Assembly: GCA_913056185.1 (NCBI GenBank)
Contig: CAJXLV010000012.1
Span: forward strand, 3,688-67,687
Origin: an uncultured Bacteroidota bacterium
Lineage (GTDB): Bacteria > Bacteroidota > Rhodothermia > Rhodothermales > Salinibacteraceae
Length of the DNA: 64,000 bases
Reading direction: 5' to 3'
Each line of letters opens with the position of its first letter. Position 1 is the first letter of the stretch. The notes beneath the pieces are model-generated. The model was not told the DNA's origin, did not search any database, and saw nothing but the letters and a program-made list of their open reading frames with translations. Positions 37,277 through 46,286 of this stretch are shown here, piece by piece. A program made the translations under genes and the position numbers.

Positions 37277-38017
37277 CTACCCGGAGGCATCCGGGGATTC
37301 GGCCACGCGCTCCGCCCCTTCCAGCTTGTACCCAATGCCGTACACACTCTGAATGGGCCAGGCGTCTTCGGCGTCTCCGTCCATGGCATCGCGGAGGGCA
37401 TTCACGTGCCGGTCGATGGTGCGCGTTTCCACCTCCGTGGGCAGGTCCCATACATCTCGGAGAATTTGCTCGCGGGTAGCCGTGCGGCCCCGGCGGCGCA
37501 GCAGGTATGCAAGCAGCTTGTACTCCAGGTCCGTGAGGTCGACCGGGGAACCGTCGCGGGTCACCGTGTCCGTGGTCAAATCCACATGCAGCCCGCCCAC
37601 CGCAAACACCCCATCCTCCGTATCGGCCTCCGCCTCGCGGCGCAGCAACACATCGATGCGGGCCACGAGCTCTTCGGTCTCAAACGGCTTCGTGAGGTAA
37701 TCATCGGCCCCGACTTGGAAGCCACGCATCTTGTGCTCGTGGTCGCCGAGGCCAGTGAGCATGAGGACAGGGGTGCGGACGCCATCGTCGCGGGTCTGGC
37801 GAAGCACCTCGAACCCGTTCAGGTCGGGCAGCTTCGCATCCAGCACAATCAGGTCGTATCCCGGGAGGCGGGTGGCCTCCGTCAGGGCTGTCTCTCCATC
37901 TTCCGCCAGCGTGACATCGTATCCTTCGGATTCGAGGTACAAGAGAAGGCTGGTGCTGAGTTCGCTGTCGTCTTCTACAACGAGAAGCGAGGGCCCTTGC
38001 GGACGCGTATCGGGCAT
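37277..38017 (-). CDS. OmpR/PhoB family response regulator
   Basis: VVEDD, VLDAKLP, DYLTKPF, RTIDRHV and SVYGIGYKL. Confidence 0.95.
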   Translation of the reverse strand: MPDTRPQGPSLLVVEDDSELSTSLLLYLESEGYDVTLAEDGETALTEATRLPGYDLIVLDAKLPDLNGFEVLRQTRDDGVRTPVLMLTGLGDHEHKMRGFQVGADDYLTKPFETEELVARIDVLLRREAEADTEDGVFAVGGLHVDLTTDTVTRDGSPVDLTDLEYKLLAYLLRRRGRTATREQILRDVWDLPTEVETRTIDRHVNALRDAMDGDAEDAWPIQSVYGIGYKLEGAERVAESPDASG

Positions 38018-38194
38018 GGGAAAGACGAGAAAGTCAGGATCAGGGAAACGTGAGAAGGGGGACGGCCGGGGGGAACGCTCGGCTGGGAGCAGCCGGGCCT
38101 GCAGAAACGCATTGCTCTTGGACGGGCGGCAGTAGGGTACTGCGCGTCGGGGAGGGCTACGCCCCCCGGCAGGGAAACGGGTCTCGCGTGCGCC

Positions 38195-39634
38195 TTACCC
38201 ATGCATCACCGCGAGGGGCTCCAGCCGGGCCACCTTGCTGGCCAGTCGGGCTCCCGCCACCGTTTCCACGACGCCATCAATGTTTTCTTTGACCCGGACG
38301 CCGCTGGCAGGGCTGCCCCCCTCGCCCGAGCGTACCGCAACGCCTTTGTTCTCGAGTTGCTCATCGAGCGCCACGGGCTCGGCCTGATGGTTGGCCTCGT
38401 GCCGACTCATGGTACGCCCGGCCCCGTGGCATGCAGATCCAAAGCTTTTTTGCATGGCGTCGCGCGTGGCGAGCATGACCCACGAGGCCTCCCCCATGCT
38501 GCCCGGCACAAGAACGGGCTGGCCGAGGGCACGGTACGGAAGAGAGATGCCGGGAGTGCCGGGGCCAAAGGCGCGGGCGGCTCCCTTCCGGTGCACGTAG
38601 CAGCGCATGTGCTTCCCGTCCACCTGGTGCATCTCCACCTGGCCCAGGTTGTGCGCCACATCGTACACCGTCTTTAGGCGCTGGCCCGCGCCATCAAGCA
38701 AATCATCGAACACCTCGCGGACGCGATGGGCCAGCACTTGGCGGTTGGCGTAGGCATAGTTGGCGGCCGCACGCATCGCCCCCATGTAGTCCTCGGCTTC
38801 GCTGGAGTCGAGGGGAACCGACACAAGGTTCGGGTCCGGCGGCGTAATGTCGTAGGAGGGCGCTGCCTCTTGGAACCGCTCCATGTAGTCGGCACAGATC
38901 TGACGCCCGTAGCCCCGGGAACCGCAATGGACCTGGGCCACGAGCGTCCCCTCTTTCAGTCCCATTGTGACGGCGGCCGCGCGGTTGAACACCTCTTCTA
39001 CGGAGTGGATCTCGATAAAGTGCTCTCCGCCGCCAAGCGTGCCCAGCTGTTGCGCCCCCAGCGAGCGGGCCGCCTCGCTCACCTTTTTCGGATTGGCCTC
39101 GTTCAGCCGTCCCCCCTCTTCCGCCCGCACTAAATCGTCCTGCTGTGCCATGTCTTTGCGGAGGGCCCACTGCGCGCCGGACTGGGCCACATGGTCCACC
39201 TCGCTCTTGGTGAGCGACATGGGCCCTTCTGCATCAACGCCGCTCGGGATATGGGCTTTTAGTGCATCAGCGAGTCCATCAAAATTCCCCTCCGCCTCTT
39301 CTACACTGATGTCGGACCCCAGTAGGCGAACCCCAGCGTTGATGTCGTGCCCGATGGCCCCGGGGGCAATGGTGCCGACCGGCCACTTCGACACCGCCAC
39401 AATGCCCACAGGCGCGCCCTGTCCGCTGTATACGTCAGGCATCACCACGAGATGCCCCACCAACCCCGATAGCATCGCGGTGCGGATGGCCTGATCGATG
39501 GCCTTCCGTTCAAGAATCTCGTCGATGAGGTCTTCGCTCGCGAGGATGCGTACGGGCACGCGCATCGCGTCCTGGAACGACTGGGGAATCTCCCAGGTGA
39601 AGTCGTCGATCCGCGTCAGGTCCGTTCGTTCCAT
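38195..39634 (-). CDS. rtcB: RtcB-family protein with non-canonical active site
   Basis: MPD, HDINAG, GGGEHFIE, HCGSRG, YDVAHN, HRKGA, PGSMG and SACHGAGR; 479 aa with no internal stops. Confidence 0.9.
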   Translation of the reverse strand: MERTDLTRIDDFTWEIPQSFQDAMRVPVRILASEDLIDEILERKAIDQAIRTAMLSGLVGHLVVMPDVYSGQGAPVGIVAVSKWPVGTIAPGAIGHDINAGVRLLGSDISVEEAEGNFDGLADALKAHIPSGVDAEGPMSLTKSEVDHVAQSGAQWALRKDMAQQDDLVRAEEGGRLNEANPKKVSEAARSLGAQQLGTLGGGEHFIEIHSVEEVFNRAAAVTMGLKEGTLVAQVHCGSRGYGRQICADYMERFQEAAPSYDITPPDPNLVSVPLDSSEAEDYMGAMRAAANYAYANRQVLAHRVREVFDDLLDGAGQRLKTVYDVAHNLGQVEMHQVDGKHMRCYVHRKGAARAFGPGTPGISLPYRALGQPVLVPGSMGEASWVMLATRDAMQKSFGSACHGAGRTMSRHEANHQAEPVALDEQLENKGVAVRSGEGGSPASGVRVKENIDGVVETVAGARLASKVARLEPLAVMHG

Positions 39635-39846
39635 ACGCTTGAGCTCGCGCACGCACGAGGGCATTCCCCCCTCTTCCACGCCGCGTCTGTTTGTTCTTGG
39701 TGTGAGAAGATGGGTTTTGAACCCTCATTGGAATTTCAGTGTTCCATTTTTCGTCGCGCTCTGGCCTAACACGCCTAACAAGGTGCGCAACGCCTCGTCT
39801 CCTTCGCAGACGCAGCGCCGAGGGCCCGCCCCCCCAACCAGTCTCG

Positions 39847-40995
39847 TTACGCCGCCGCAGGGGACGCCGCCGCGGCTGTCGACGACTCGGCGTGCCCAAC
39901 CTCATGGATCCACCCGCCGCCGAGCACGTCGTCGTCCTCATAGAGCACAAGGCTCTGGCCCGGCGTAATGGCGCGGCGCGGCTCCGAGAAGGCCACCTTG
40001 AGGGTATCGTCGTCGGGCTGCCACGCGAGGCAGCCGGCCCCATCGTCGTTGTAGCGGATGGTGCCCCAGGCCGGACGTTCTTCCTCCAGCTCCGGGTATT
40101 TCACCAGGTTGATCTCGTGCGCCGTGAGGGTCTGCTCCATAAGCTCTTCCCGCGGCCCTACAGTAATGGTGTTTGTCTTCGGATCAATGGCGGTGACGTA
40201 AACGCGCTCTCCGAGGGCCAAGTCCAGCCCTCGTCGTTGGCCGACGGTATAGAACGGATAGCCGTCGTGTTCGCCCACCACGGTGCCGTCGCTGAGGACA
40301 AACGTTCCGCCACTTACCTCCTCCTCCAGGCCGTCGACGTGGTCTTTCAAGAACCGGGGATAGTCGTTGTCGGGGATGAAGCAAATCTCGTAGGAGTCGG
40401 GCTTGTCGGCCACGCTGAGCCCAAAGTCGGCGGCCATTTCGCGAATCTCCGGCTTTTTGTACTCGCCGAGTGGAAAGATCGACCGCGCAAGGTGCTCCTG
40501 GGGCAGGCCCCAGAGCGCGTAGCTCTGGTCCTTGGTGCGGTCGAGACCTCGGCTCAATACGTACCGCTCCAGCGACTCGTCGTAGCGCACGTTGGCGTAG
40601 TGGCCCGTGGCAATGTACTCGCAGTCCAGGTCGTCGGCCCGTTGTAGCAGGGCCGCCCACTTGATGTGCGTGTTGCACAAGACGCAGGGATTGGGCGTAC
40701 GGCCTGAGAGGTACTCATTGGTGAACCGCTCGATCACCCAGTCGCCAAATTCCTCGCGGATGTCAACGACAAAGTGCGTGAGGCCGTGCTTGGTGGCCAC
40801 AACCCGGGCGTCGTTCATCGATTCGATGGAGCAGCAGCCGACCTCCTTCCCGTCGCGACCGCCACTGGTGGAGTAGTCCCACGTTTTCATGGTAATCCCG
40901 ATCACTTCGTAGCCGCGCTCGCTCAGCAATACAGCGGTTACGGACGAGTCGACGCCGCCGCTCATGGCGACCAGTACGCGTCCCTTCTTGCTCAT
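39847..40995 (-). CDS. mnmA: tRNA 2-thiouridine(34) synthase
   Basis: AMSGGVDS, TPNPCVLCN, ATGHYA, KDQSY and DSYEICF. Confidence 0.97.
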   Translation of the reverse strand: MSKKGRVLVAMSGGVDSSVTAVLLSERGYEVIGITMKTWDYSTSGGRDGKEVGCCSIESMNDARVVATKHGLTHFVVDIREEFGDWVIERFTNEYLSGRTPNPCVLCNTHIKWAALLQRADDLDCEYIATGHYANVRYDESLERYVLSRGLDRTKDQSYALWGLPQEHLARSIFPLGEYKKPEIREMAADFGLSVADKPDSYEICFIPDNDYPRFLKDHVDGLEEEVSGGTFVLSDGTVVGEHDGYPFYTVGQRRGLDLALGERVYVTAIDPKTNTITVGPREELMEQTLTAHEINLVKYPELEEERPAWGTIRYNDDGAGCLAWQPDDDTLKVAFSEPRRAITPGQSLVLYEDDDVLGGGWIHEVGHAESSTAAAASPAAA

Positions 40996-41432
40996 GCCTG
41001 GGGGGTCCGTCTTGATGGATGGTGTGTATGGACAAATACTGAACCTGCCTCTATGCCCGGGCGTTCCAGCGCGTTGTGCTATCAACCAGGTGGTGACTGG
41101 CGTTCTTCCCCCCTCTGTCGGCGAATTTCCGGGCGGAGTCGCGTAGGGCGCCCGTCGCACGCCGGAGGGCGGGCGCAGGCGTGTGCCACCGGGCCTCGTT
41201 CCACCGAACCGCTTGCCTCAAAGAAGAGTCGCCCCCGCCCGGACAACTCCCCAGTAGGACATGTAGGTTTCTCACTCAATGTAGGCTTCTCCTTCAGCCG
41301 TTGAGGGAACGCAGCAGCACGCTCCCCCACCCTCTGCAGCAGCTCTTTAGCCAATATTCGCTTGTACCGCAACTCGGAAAGAAGGATGTTGAGGAGACAC
41401 CTAATCTTCTTTCGTCACTCCTTCCTACCCAT

Positions 41433-41831
41433 ATGTCTGCTTCGACCTCCGCGTCCCGCAGCACCGTGACGACCCCTCTCGCCCCGGCTGCGATCGGTCC
41501 ATACAGCCAGGGCATTCTCGTTGACGATCGGCTCTACGTGTCCGGCCAAATCGCAATCGATCCTGATAGCGGAAGCATGGTAGAGGGGACACTCGAAGCA
41601 GAAACCATTCGCGTTCTGGAGAATGTCGAGGCGGTCCTCAACGCGGCAAGCATGGGCTTTGAGAAGGTGGTCCGCTGCGAGGTGTTCATGACGGATATCA
41701 ACGATTACGGAGAGGTCAATGAGGTGTACGCTCGGTACTTCAACGAGCAGCCGCCGGCCCGGCAGGCCGTGGAGGTGTCGGCCCTCCCTCGCAATGCGCG
41801 GGTGGAAATCTCTTGCATTGCCATCCGGTGA
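41433..41831 (+). CDS. ridA: RidA/YjgF enamine deaminase
   Basis: APAAIGPYSQG, SGQI, PARQAVEV, and LPRNARVEI. Confidence 0.95.
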   Translation: MSASTSASRSTVTTPLAPAAIGPYSQGILVDDRLYVSGQIAIDPDSGSMVEGTLEAETIRVLENVEAVLNAASMGFEKVVRCEVFMTDINDYGEVNEVYARYFNEQPPARQAVEVSALPRNARVEISCIAIR

Positions 41832-41840
41832 TGAGCGCTT

Positions 41841-41882
41841 GCCGCATTGTGCAGGCCGCATTGTGCAGGCCGCATTGTGCAG
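41841..41882. repeat. Perfect 14-bp tandem repeat x3
   Basis: GCCGCATTGTGCAG at 41841, 41855 and 41869, between the convergent ridA and lipoprotein genes. Confidence 0.95.
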
Positions 41883-41901
41883 GGCCCTTCCTGGAAAAAG
41901 G

Positions 41902-42453
41902 TCAGACCCCATCGACCTCCAGTCGATAATAGACAACCGCCCGTACGACGCCGCCCCCGTCCGGGACGTCTTGCGGCGCATCCACTTCAAACTCCCCAAA
42001 GACCGATGAGGCCCCGTCCCGAACGACTCCAGTTACCGGTGTTGTGCTGCGGTCGGTGACAGGCTCTGTAGCGCCGTCGGGAAACGTTGCGCGGGCGATG
42101 CGCGGGCCGCCCGCATCCGATCCCAGAAAGAGCAGTCCCTCCCTGGGAGGGGCTGTGATGGGCACAACGGCTACACTGTCCACCCGTGCGGAGACAACAT
42201 CGCTGCGGGAAAAGCCATTGTCCGCAAGGATAGCGTCCAGCGTTCTTCCCTCTACGGTGGAAGCCACCCCCAGCGTGCCGTCTTCCGCCACCTCCGCACG
42301 GGTGTACTCAAACCGGTACTGCACAGTGGGCGGCACGGCCGAGTTTGCGCTGAGGAGAACCGTGCTGTTTGCCGACGACAGGTCGCACCCCGAAAGCATG
42401 AGCAGAGGCCCAAGCAGCACGGCCGCCGCTGTCCATTGAGACGAAAACTGCAT
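41902..42453 (-). CDS. Hypothetical lipoprotein
   Basis: Lipobox LSGC followed by a beta-rich domain. Confidence 0.7.
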   Translation of the reverse strand: MQFSSQWTAAAVLLGPLLMLSGCDLSSANSTVLLSANSAVPPTVQYRFEYTRAEVAEDGTLGVASTVEGRTLDAILADNGFSRSDVVSARVDSVAVVPITAPPREGLLFLGSDAGGPRIARATFPDGATEPVTDRSTTPVTGVVRDGASSVFGEFEVDAPQDVPDGGGVVRAVVYYRLEVDGV

Positions 42454-42539
42454 CGCAGGATCGTTCTTTGAGGAGGACGTAAACACGGATGGATGCCGTG
42501 GACTGCCTCGGACGCATCCGCGGGTGCAAAGCCGCTCGG

Positions 42540-43832
42540 TCACTCCGCCCCCGCAATTCCTTTGTTATATTCGTTTTTGTAGGCCCGGACGGCCCGGAAA
42601 ATGCCACTGGCGAGATAGGTCTGGCCACGATCGCTGTTTAGATACCGGGCTTCTCGCGGGTTGGTAAGGTATCCCAGCTCCACGAGCACCGCCGGCATGG
42701 AGGCCCCCCACAGGACGTAAAACCCGGCCTGCCGCACGCCGCGGCTGCGGCGCTGAACGCGGTCCTTAAACTGCTGCTGAACGATGGACGCAAAATCCTC
42801 GCTGAATTGCATATTGGAGCTTAGAAAGAGCTCTCCCTTCACAAACGCCTCCGCATCGTACTGCTCGTAGCGCGCTGGGTTGCTCTCGTATTCTCGGACG
42901 ACGCTGTTCTCCGTGCGCATCACCCGGCGGGCCGCATCGGTCTTCGACGGTCCCAGGAAATAGGTCTCCGTGCCATTAACAGACGAAGACCGGAAGGCGT
43001 TGGCGTGGAGGGAGATAAAGAGATCCCCACCGGCCCGGTTCGCCAGGCGGCCGCGCTCCTTCAGCGGGATAAACCGATCGTCGGAGCGTGTGTAGACGAC
43101 CTCCAGTCCCAGTCGCGTCTCGATGTAGCTGCCCAGCTTGCGCGCCACATCCAGCACGATGTGTTTTTCCTGCAGCCCATTGGCCACCGCCCCGGGGTCT
43201 TTGCCGCCGTGTCCGGGGTCGATCACGACGGTATCGAGGCGCGACCGGCGGCGGGTAAACTGCGCAGCGGCGGGGGAATCAGCACGCGCCGCGCCGGCGC
43301 CGTTGGCTGTGGCAGGGCGGGCGTCTCGACCGCGTGGGGGCGAGGGAGCCGTGGCCACGGGAGGCCCCTCGTCTGCATGCTCGAGGTTCAGCAGAAGATC
43401 GCTGGAGGCAGCGTCGCGGTATGTCGTGGCCGAGACCGAACGTCCTGGGTGCAGGTGCACTCGGATGACGAGGGGACCCGCCGTGCGGGTGGGCGTGTAG
43501 CGCCGGACCGGGCCCTGGGGATCGCTCGGCTGGTAGGCGTCGTGGAGCGAGGCGTCGTAGACCACCCATTCCAGCGTGTGCGCGTCGATGCGACGAAGCA
43601 GGTACGCCTCCGGGGAGGCGGTAGTCCGCATGCGCATGACATAGCCCTGCCCGTCCGACCGGGCGGTGAAGGACACATCCGTGACGAGCACGGCACCGTG
43701 GGCAGGGCCTGCGCACATCAGCATGCCTCCCAGGAGTCCCCACGCGATTATGCGCCTGTGCCCCCCCGAAGGCCTTTGGGGGACTACGGGCCGCGGGGCA
43801 AGACTGGCGAGAAGACGACGGAGCCACTGCAT
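42540..43832 (-). CDS. N-acetylmuramoyl-L-alanine amidase (Amidase_3), probable AMIN-like N-terminal domain
   Basis: IDPGHGGKDPGA, EK, FISLHAN, and AVLVELGYLTN. The start is uncertain (43832 or further in). Confidence 0.9.
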   Translation of the reverse strand: MQWLRRLLASLAPRPVVPQRPSGGHRRIIAWGLLGGMLMCAGPAHGAVLVTDVSFTARSDGQGYVMRMRTTASPEAYLLRRIDAHTLEWVVYDASLHDAYQPSDPQGPVRRYTPTRTAGPLVIRVHLHPGRSVSATTYRDAASSDLLLNLEHADEGPPVATAPSPPRGRDARPATANGAGAARADSPAAAQFTRRRSRLDTVVIDPGHGGKDPGAVANGLQEKHIVLDVARKLGSYIETRLGLEVVYTRSDDRFIPLKERGRLANRAGGDLFISLHANAFRSSSVNGTETYFLGPSKTDAARRVMRTENSVVREYESNPARYEQYDAEAFVKGELFLSSNMQFSEDFASIVQQQFKDRVQRRSRGVRQAGFYVLWGASMPAVLVELGYLTNPREARYLNSDRGQTYLASGIFRAVRAYKNEYNKGIAGAE

Positions 43833-44030
43833 GAGCACGCAAAGACCGGACCGACAAACACGAAGACACCGCTGCAGCAAGGGCGCGGCGTCTGCGCAAG
43901 GTGGCACGCAGCGTCCGCAAAGTAAAGCCCTATCGGCGCACAGCAGGCCCCGGAAAACGTCGGAGGGCGCGGGACTCAAGTCCTACGCAGGGCCCTCCCG
44001 CATGCCTTCGAGACAACACTTCCTGCGCGC

Positions 44031-44759
44031 TCATCGCGTGCGGGTGGAGTCGATCAGTCGCCGGAGGTGGCGAGCAATCATTCGGTCGCGCATCTGGGCT
44101 CGCCGTTGCAGATTGCGTTGCAAGGTACGGATCTGGCGCTGCAGGCGCTGAATCTCGCGACGACGGTTGGCCTGCTTCAGCGCAAAGATGTCCGCAAGCA
44201 TAGCGCGGAGGGTATCGATGCGGGTTGTACGCTCCGGTCCCTCCGGCATCAGCCGGATTTCGTGGGCAAGATCGCGGGCCGTCCGTTCCATGCGTCGTTC
44301 GCGGAGGAGGCGCTTGTAGAGCGTGCGGCTGGAGCGCTGGATCTCATTCAGGTAGCGCCCCTGCTCAGCGCCCGAAGCAGGCGTGTCGGACGCCGAGCGC
44401 CTGGACGTGCCCGGGGCCCATCCGCCGAGCACGACAGACCTGCGCTCCTCGCGCACCTCTTGTTCGGTGGTGGGCGTCAGGCCATCGGCCTCCACAGCAA
44501 AGAGACGGCCATTGAGCTCCAGGACGGGCCGCTGGATACCAAGGAATCGGTAGCGGGCATGCACGCCACGCAGATCCAGGCTGTCCGGCAATTGATCATC
44601 GGCAAGGGGGCGGCCGTCCACATAAACAGTGCCGTCGCGGATGTGCAGGGTATGGCTGGGCTGGGCAGAGGCGACCGGGCCGTTCAGCCCCCAAAGAAGC
44701 CCCATGAGCAGGAGAGCCGTAGCCAGGAGGGGCGCAGATGAAGAAGAACGCGATAGCAT
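44031..44759 (-). CDS. Secreted hypothetical protein with C-terminal coiled coil
   Basis: Sec-type signal ending ASA-Q and an Arg-rich helical C-terminus; third gene after the sigma/anti-sigma pair. Confidence 0.65.
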   Translation of the reverse strand: MLSRSSSSAPLLATALLLMGLLWGLNGPVASAQPSHTLHIRDGTVYVDGRPLADDQLPDSLDLRGVHARYRFLGIQRPVLELNGRLFAVEADGLTPTTEQEVREERRSVVLGGWAPGTSRRSASDTPASGAEQGRYLNEIQRSSRTLYKRLLRERRMERTARDLAHEIRLMPEGPERTTRIDTLRAMLADIFALKQANRRREIQRLQRQIRTLQRNLQRRAQMRDRMIARHLRRLIDSTRTR

Positions 44760-44819
44760 GAGTGCAACAATAGACCAATAGGAGCACGAAGAGGAGACCG
44801 TCACCGGATGCACCAGGGC

Positions 44820-45398
44820 TCAGGGGCGCTGTACAGGCTGTAGGGCGCTGCCCCAGCGGTCGGGTCGGCTGTGAGCCCGGAGGCGTTCGATGCGGCGGTG
44901 AATACGCACCAGTTCATCACGGTCGTCCCAGGTCGGCACGGCAGTGGAGGGAGCCGAGGAAGAGACAGCCCCCTCCGGGGCCGTGGCCTGCGACTCCGCC
45001 GCGGAGCGTCCCGAAGAGGCTGCAGGAGCGGGAGCACCGGCCTCACTGCGGCCTTGCCACCAGCCCAGCCCCACCAGCAGGACAACAGCCAGGGCGGCGC
45101 CGGCCGCCTGAAGGCGGCCCGCCCAGGACCGCTGTGGAGCATGGGCCGGACGGGAGTCGCGGGACGAAGGGGGCGGCCCCGTCGGGGCCTCTGCGGCCGT
45201 CCGCGCCGTCTCCACCACCTGGTCCACCACCGCTGGATCGGGACGGGCGGCAGGACACGCGTCCAGCTGCTCTTTGGCTTCGCGCAGACGCTGGTATTCC
45301 CGAAGCAACGATTCATCCCTCGCCAGGCGCCGGGCCAGGGACGCTTCGTCCACCTCTTCGTCGTACAGATACATCAGAAGACGCAGCCGATCGTCCAT
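44820..45398 (-). CDS. Putative anti-sigma factor (single TM helix, no zinc motif)
   Basis: Directly downstream of the ECF sigma gene; short helical N-terminus (LMYLYDE) and a central TM helix. Confidence 0.65.
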   Translation of the reverse strand: MDDRLRLLMYLYDEEVDEASLARRLARDESLLREYQRLREAKEQLDACPAARPDPAVVDQVVETARTAAEAPTGPPPSSRDSRPAHAPQRSWAGRLQAAGAALAVVLLVGLGWWQGRSEAGAPAPAASSGRSAAESQATAPEGAVSSSAPSTAVPTWDDRDELVRIHRRIERLRAHSRPDRWGSALQPVQRP

Positions 45399-45449
45399 CG
45401 GGAAAGAGGGGCGTGTGGGGTGTGGGGCAGGAGTTCGAGTGCAAATTGG

Positions 45450-46055
45450 TCACGCATCGAGCGTGCCGGCGAGCGCCGTCTCGTTGGACGCCTCCATCAT
45501 CTTGCGCAGGTTTTTCAGGGCATACCGCATGCGACCGAGCGCCGTGTTGATGGATACGTCCTGAAGCTCGGCAATTTCACGGAAGGTCAGGTCCGTCTCC
45601 TGGCGCAGAAGCAGCACCTCGCGCTGCTCGGGCGCCAGCTCATCGATGTGGGCGTCCAGCCACTCGCGCTGCTCGGCGCGGTGGAGCTGCTCGTCGGCGT
45701 ACGGCGCGTCGGCCTCCAGGGTGTCCCAGAAGGAACGGCCGTCATCTTCGCCCTGGGGCACTTCCTTCCACTTCTTCTGCTTGCGGGTGTGGTCGATGGC
45801 CGCGTTGCGCGCAATGCTCATCACCCAACTCAGCCACTGGCCCCGACGGTCGTAGGACCCCCGCTCGCCCTGCATGGCCTTGATCACGCGCTCAAAGGTT
45901 TCCTGGAAGAGATCATTCGCCGTGGCGCGGTCCTTGACCATGCCCATGAGGTAGCCAAAGATACGGTCCTGGTGTCGCTCCACGAGCCGACGGAAGGCCT
46001 GCCCGTCTTCCTCCTCCAGGTACCTTGTCACCAATTCTTCGTCGGTAGGCTGCAT
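45450..46055 (-). CDS. ECF sigma-70 factor
   Basis: DLFQETF, WVMSIARNAAID, TFREIAE and SINTALGRMRYA. Confidence 0.93.
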   Translation of the reverse strand: MQPTDEELVTRYLEEEDGQAFRRLVERHQDRIFGYLMGMVKDRATANDLFQETFERVIKAMQGERGSYDRRGQWLSWVMSIARNAAIDHTRKQKKWKEVPQGEDDGRSFWDTLEADAPYADEQLHRAEQREWLDAHIDELAPEQREVLLLRQETDLTFREIAELQDVSINTALGRMRYALKNLRKMMEASNETALAGTLDA

Positions 46056-46083
46056 GCGGAATCCCATCTGTTGGCAGTGCCGG

Positions 46084-46109
46084 GACGTGGGGGCATGGCA
46101 CCAGTTCGA
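46084..46109 (-). promoter_or_regulatory. Candidate ECF-type autoregulatory promoter
   Basis: The - strand reads TCGAAC-N16-CGTC (AAC-N16-CGT spacing), about 30 nt upstream of the sigma start. Confidence 0.35.
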
Positions 46110-46286
46110 ACGAGCATCCCAGCGCGATTATTGTGTGCCCCGTCCACTCATTCGGGAAGTGGCCGCAAGGACCGTTCCGACCTCGTCTCCGGAAGAGGTC
46201 CTCCGAAGCGCGTGGGGGGCTCCGGACTCCGCGGCACGGTCGCCCCGATCTCTTCTCGGCACTGCGACAATGTGTCGGCCCGCATG

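Noticed and set aside
39729-39746. Sigma-54 promoter upstream of rtcB (by analogy with E. coli rtcBA)
   Set aside because: TGGAAC is not followed by GC at the required GG-N10-GC spacing, and there is no rtcR.
41841-41882. Possible mini-CRISPR
   Set aside because: 14-bp units are directly abutted with no spacers, and there are no cas genes.
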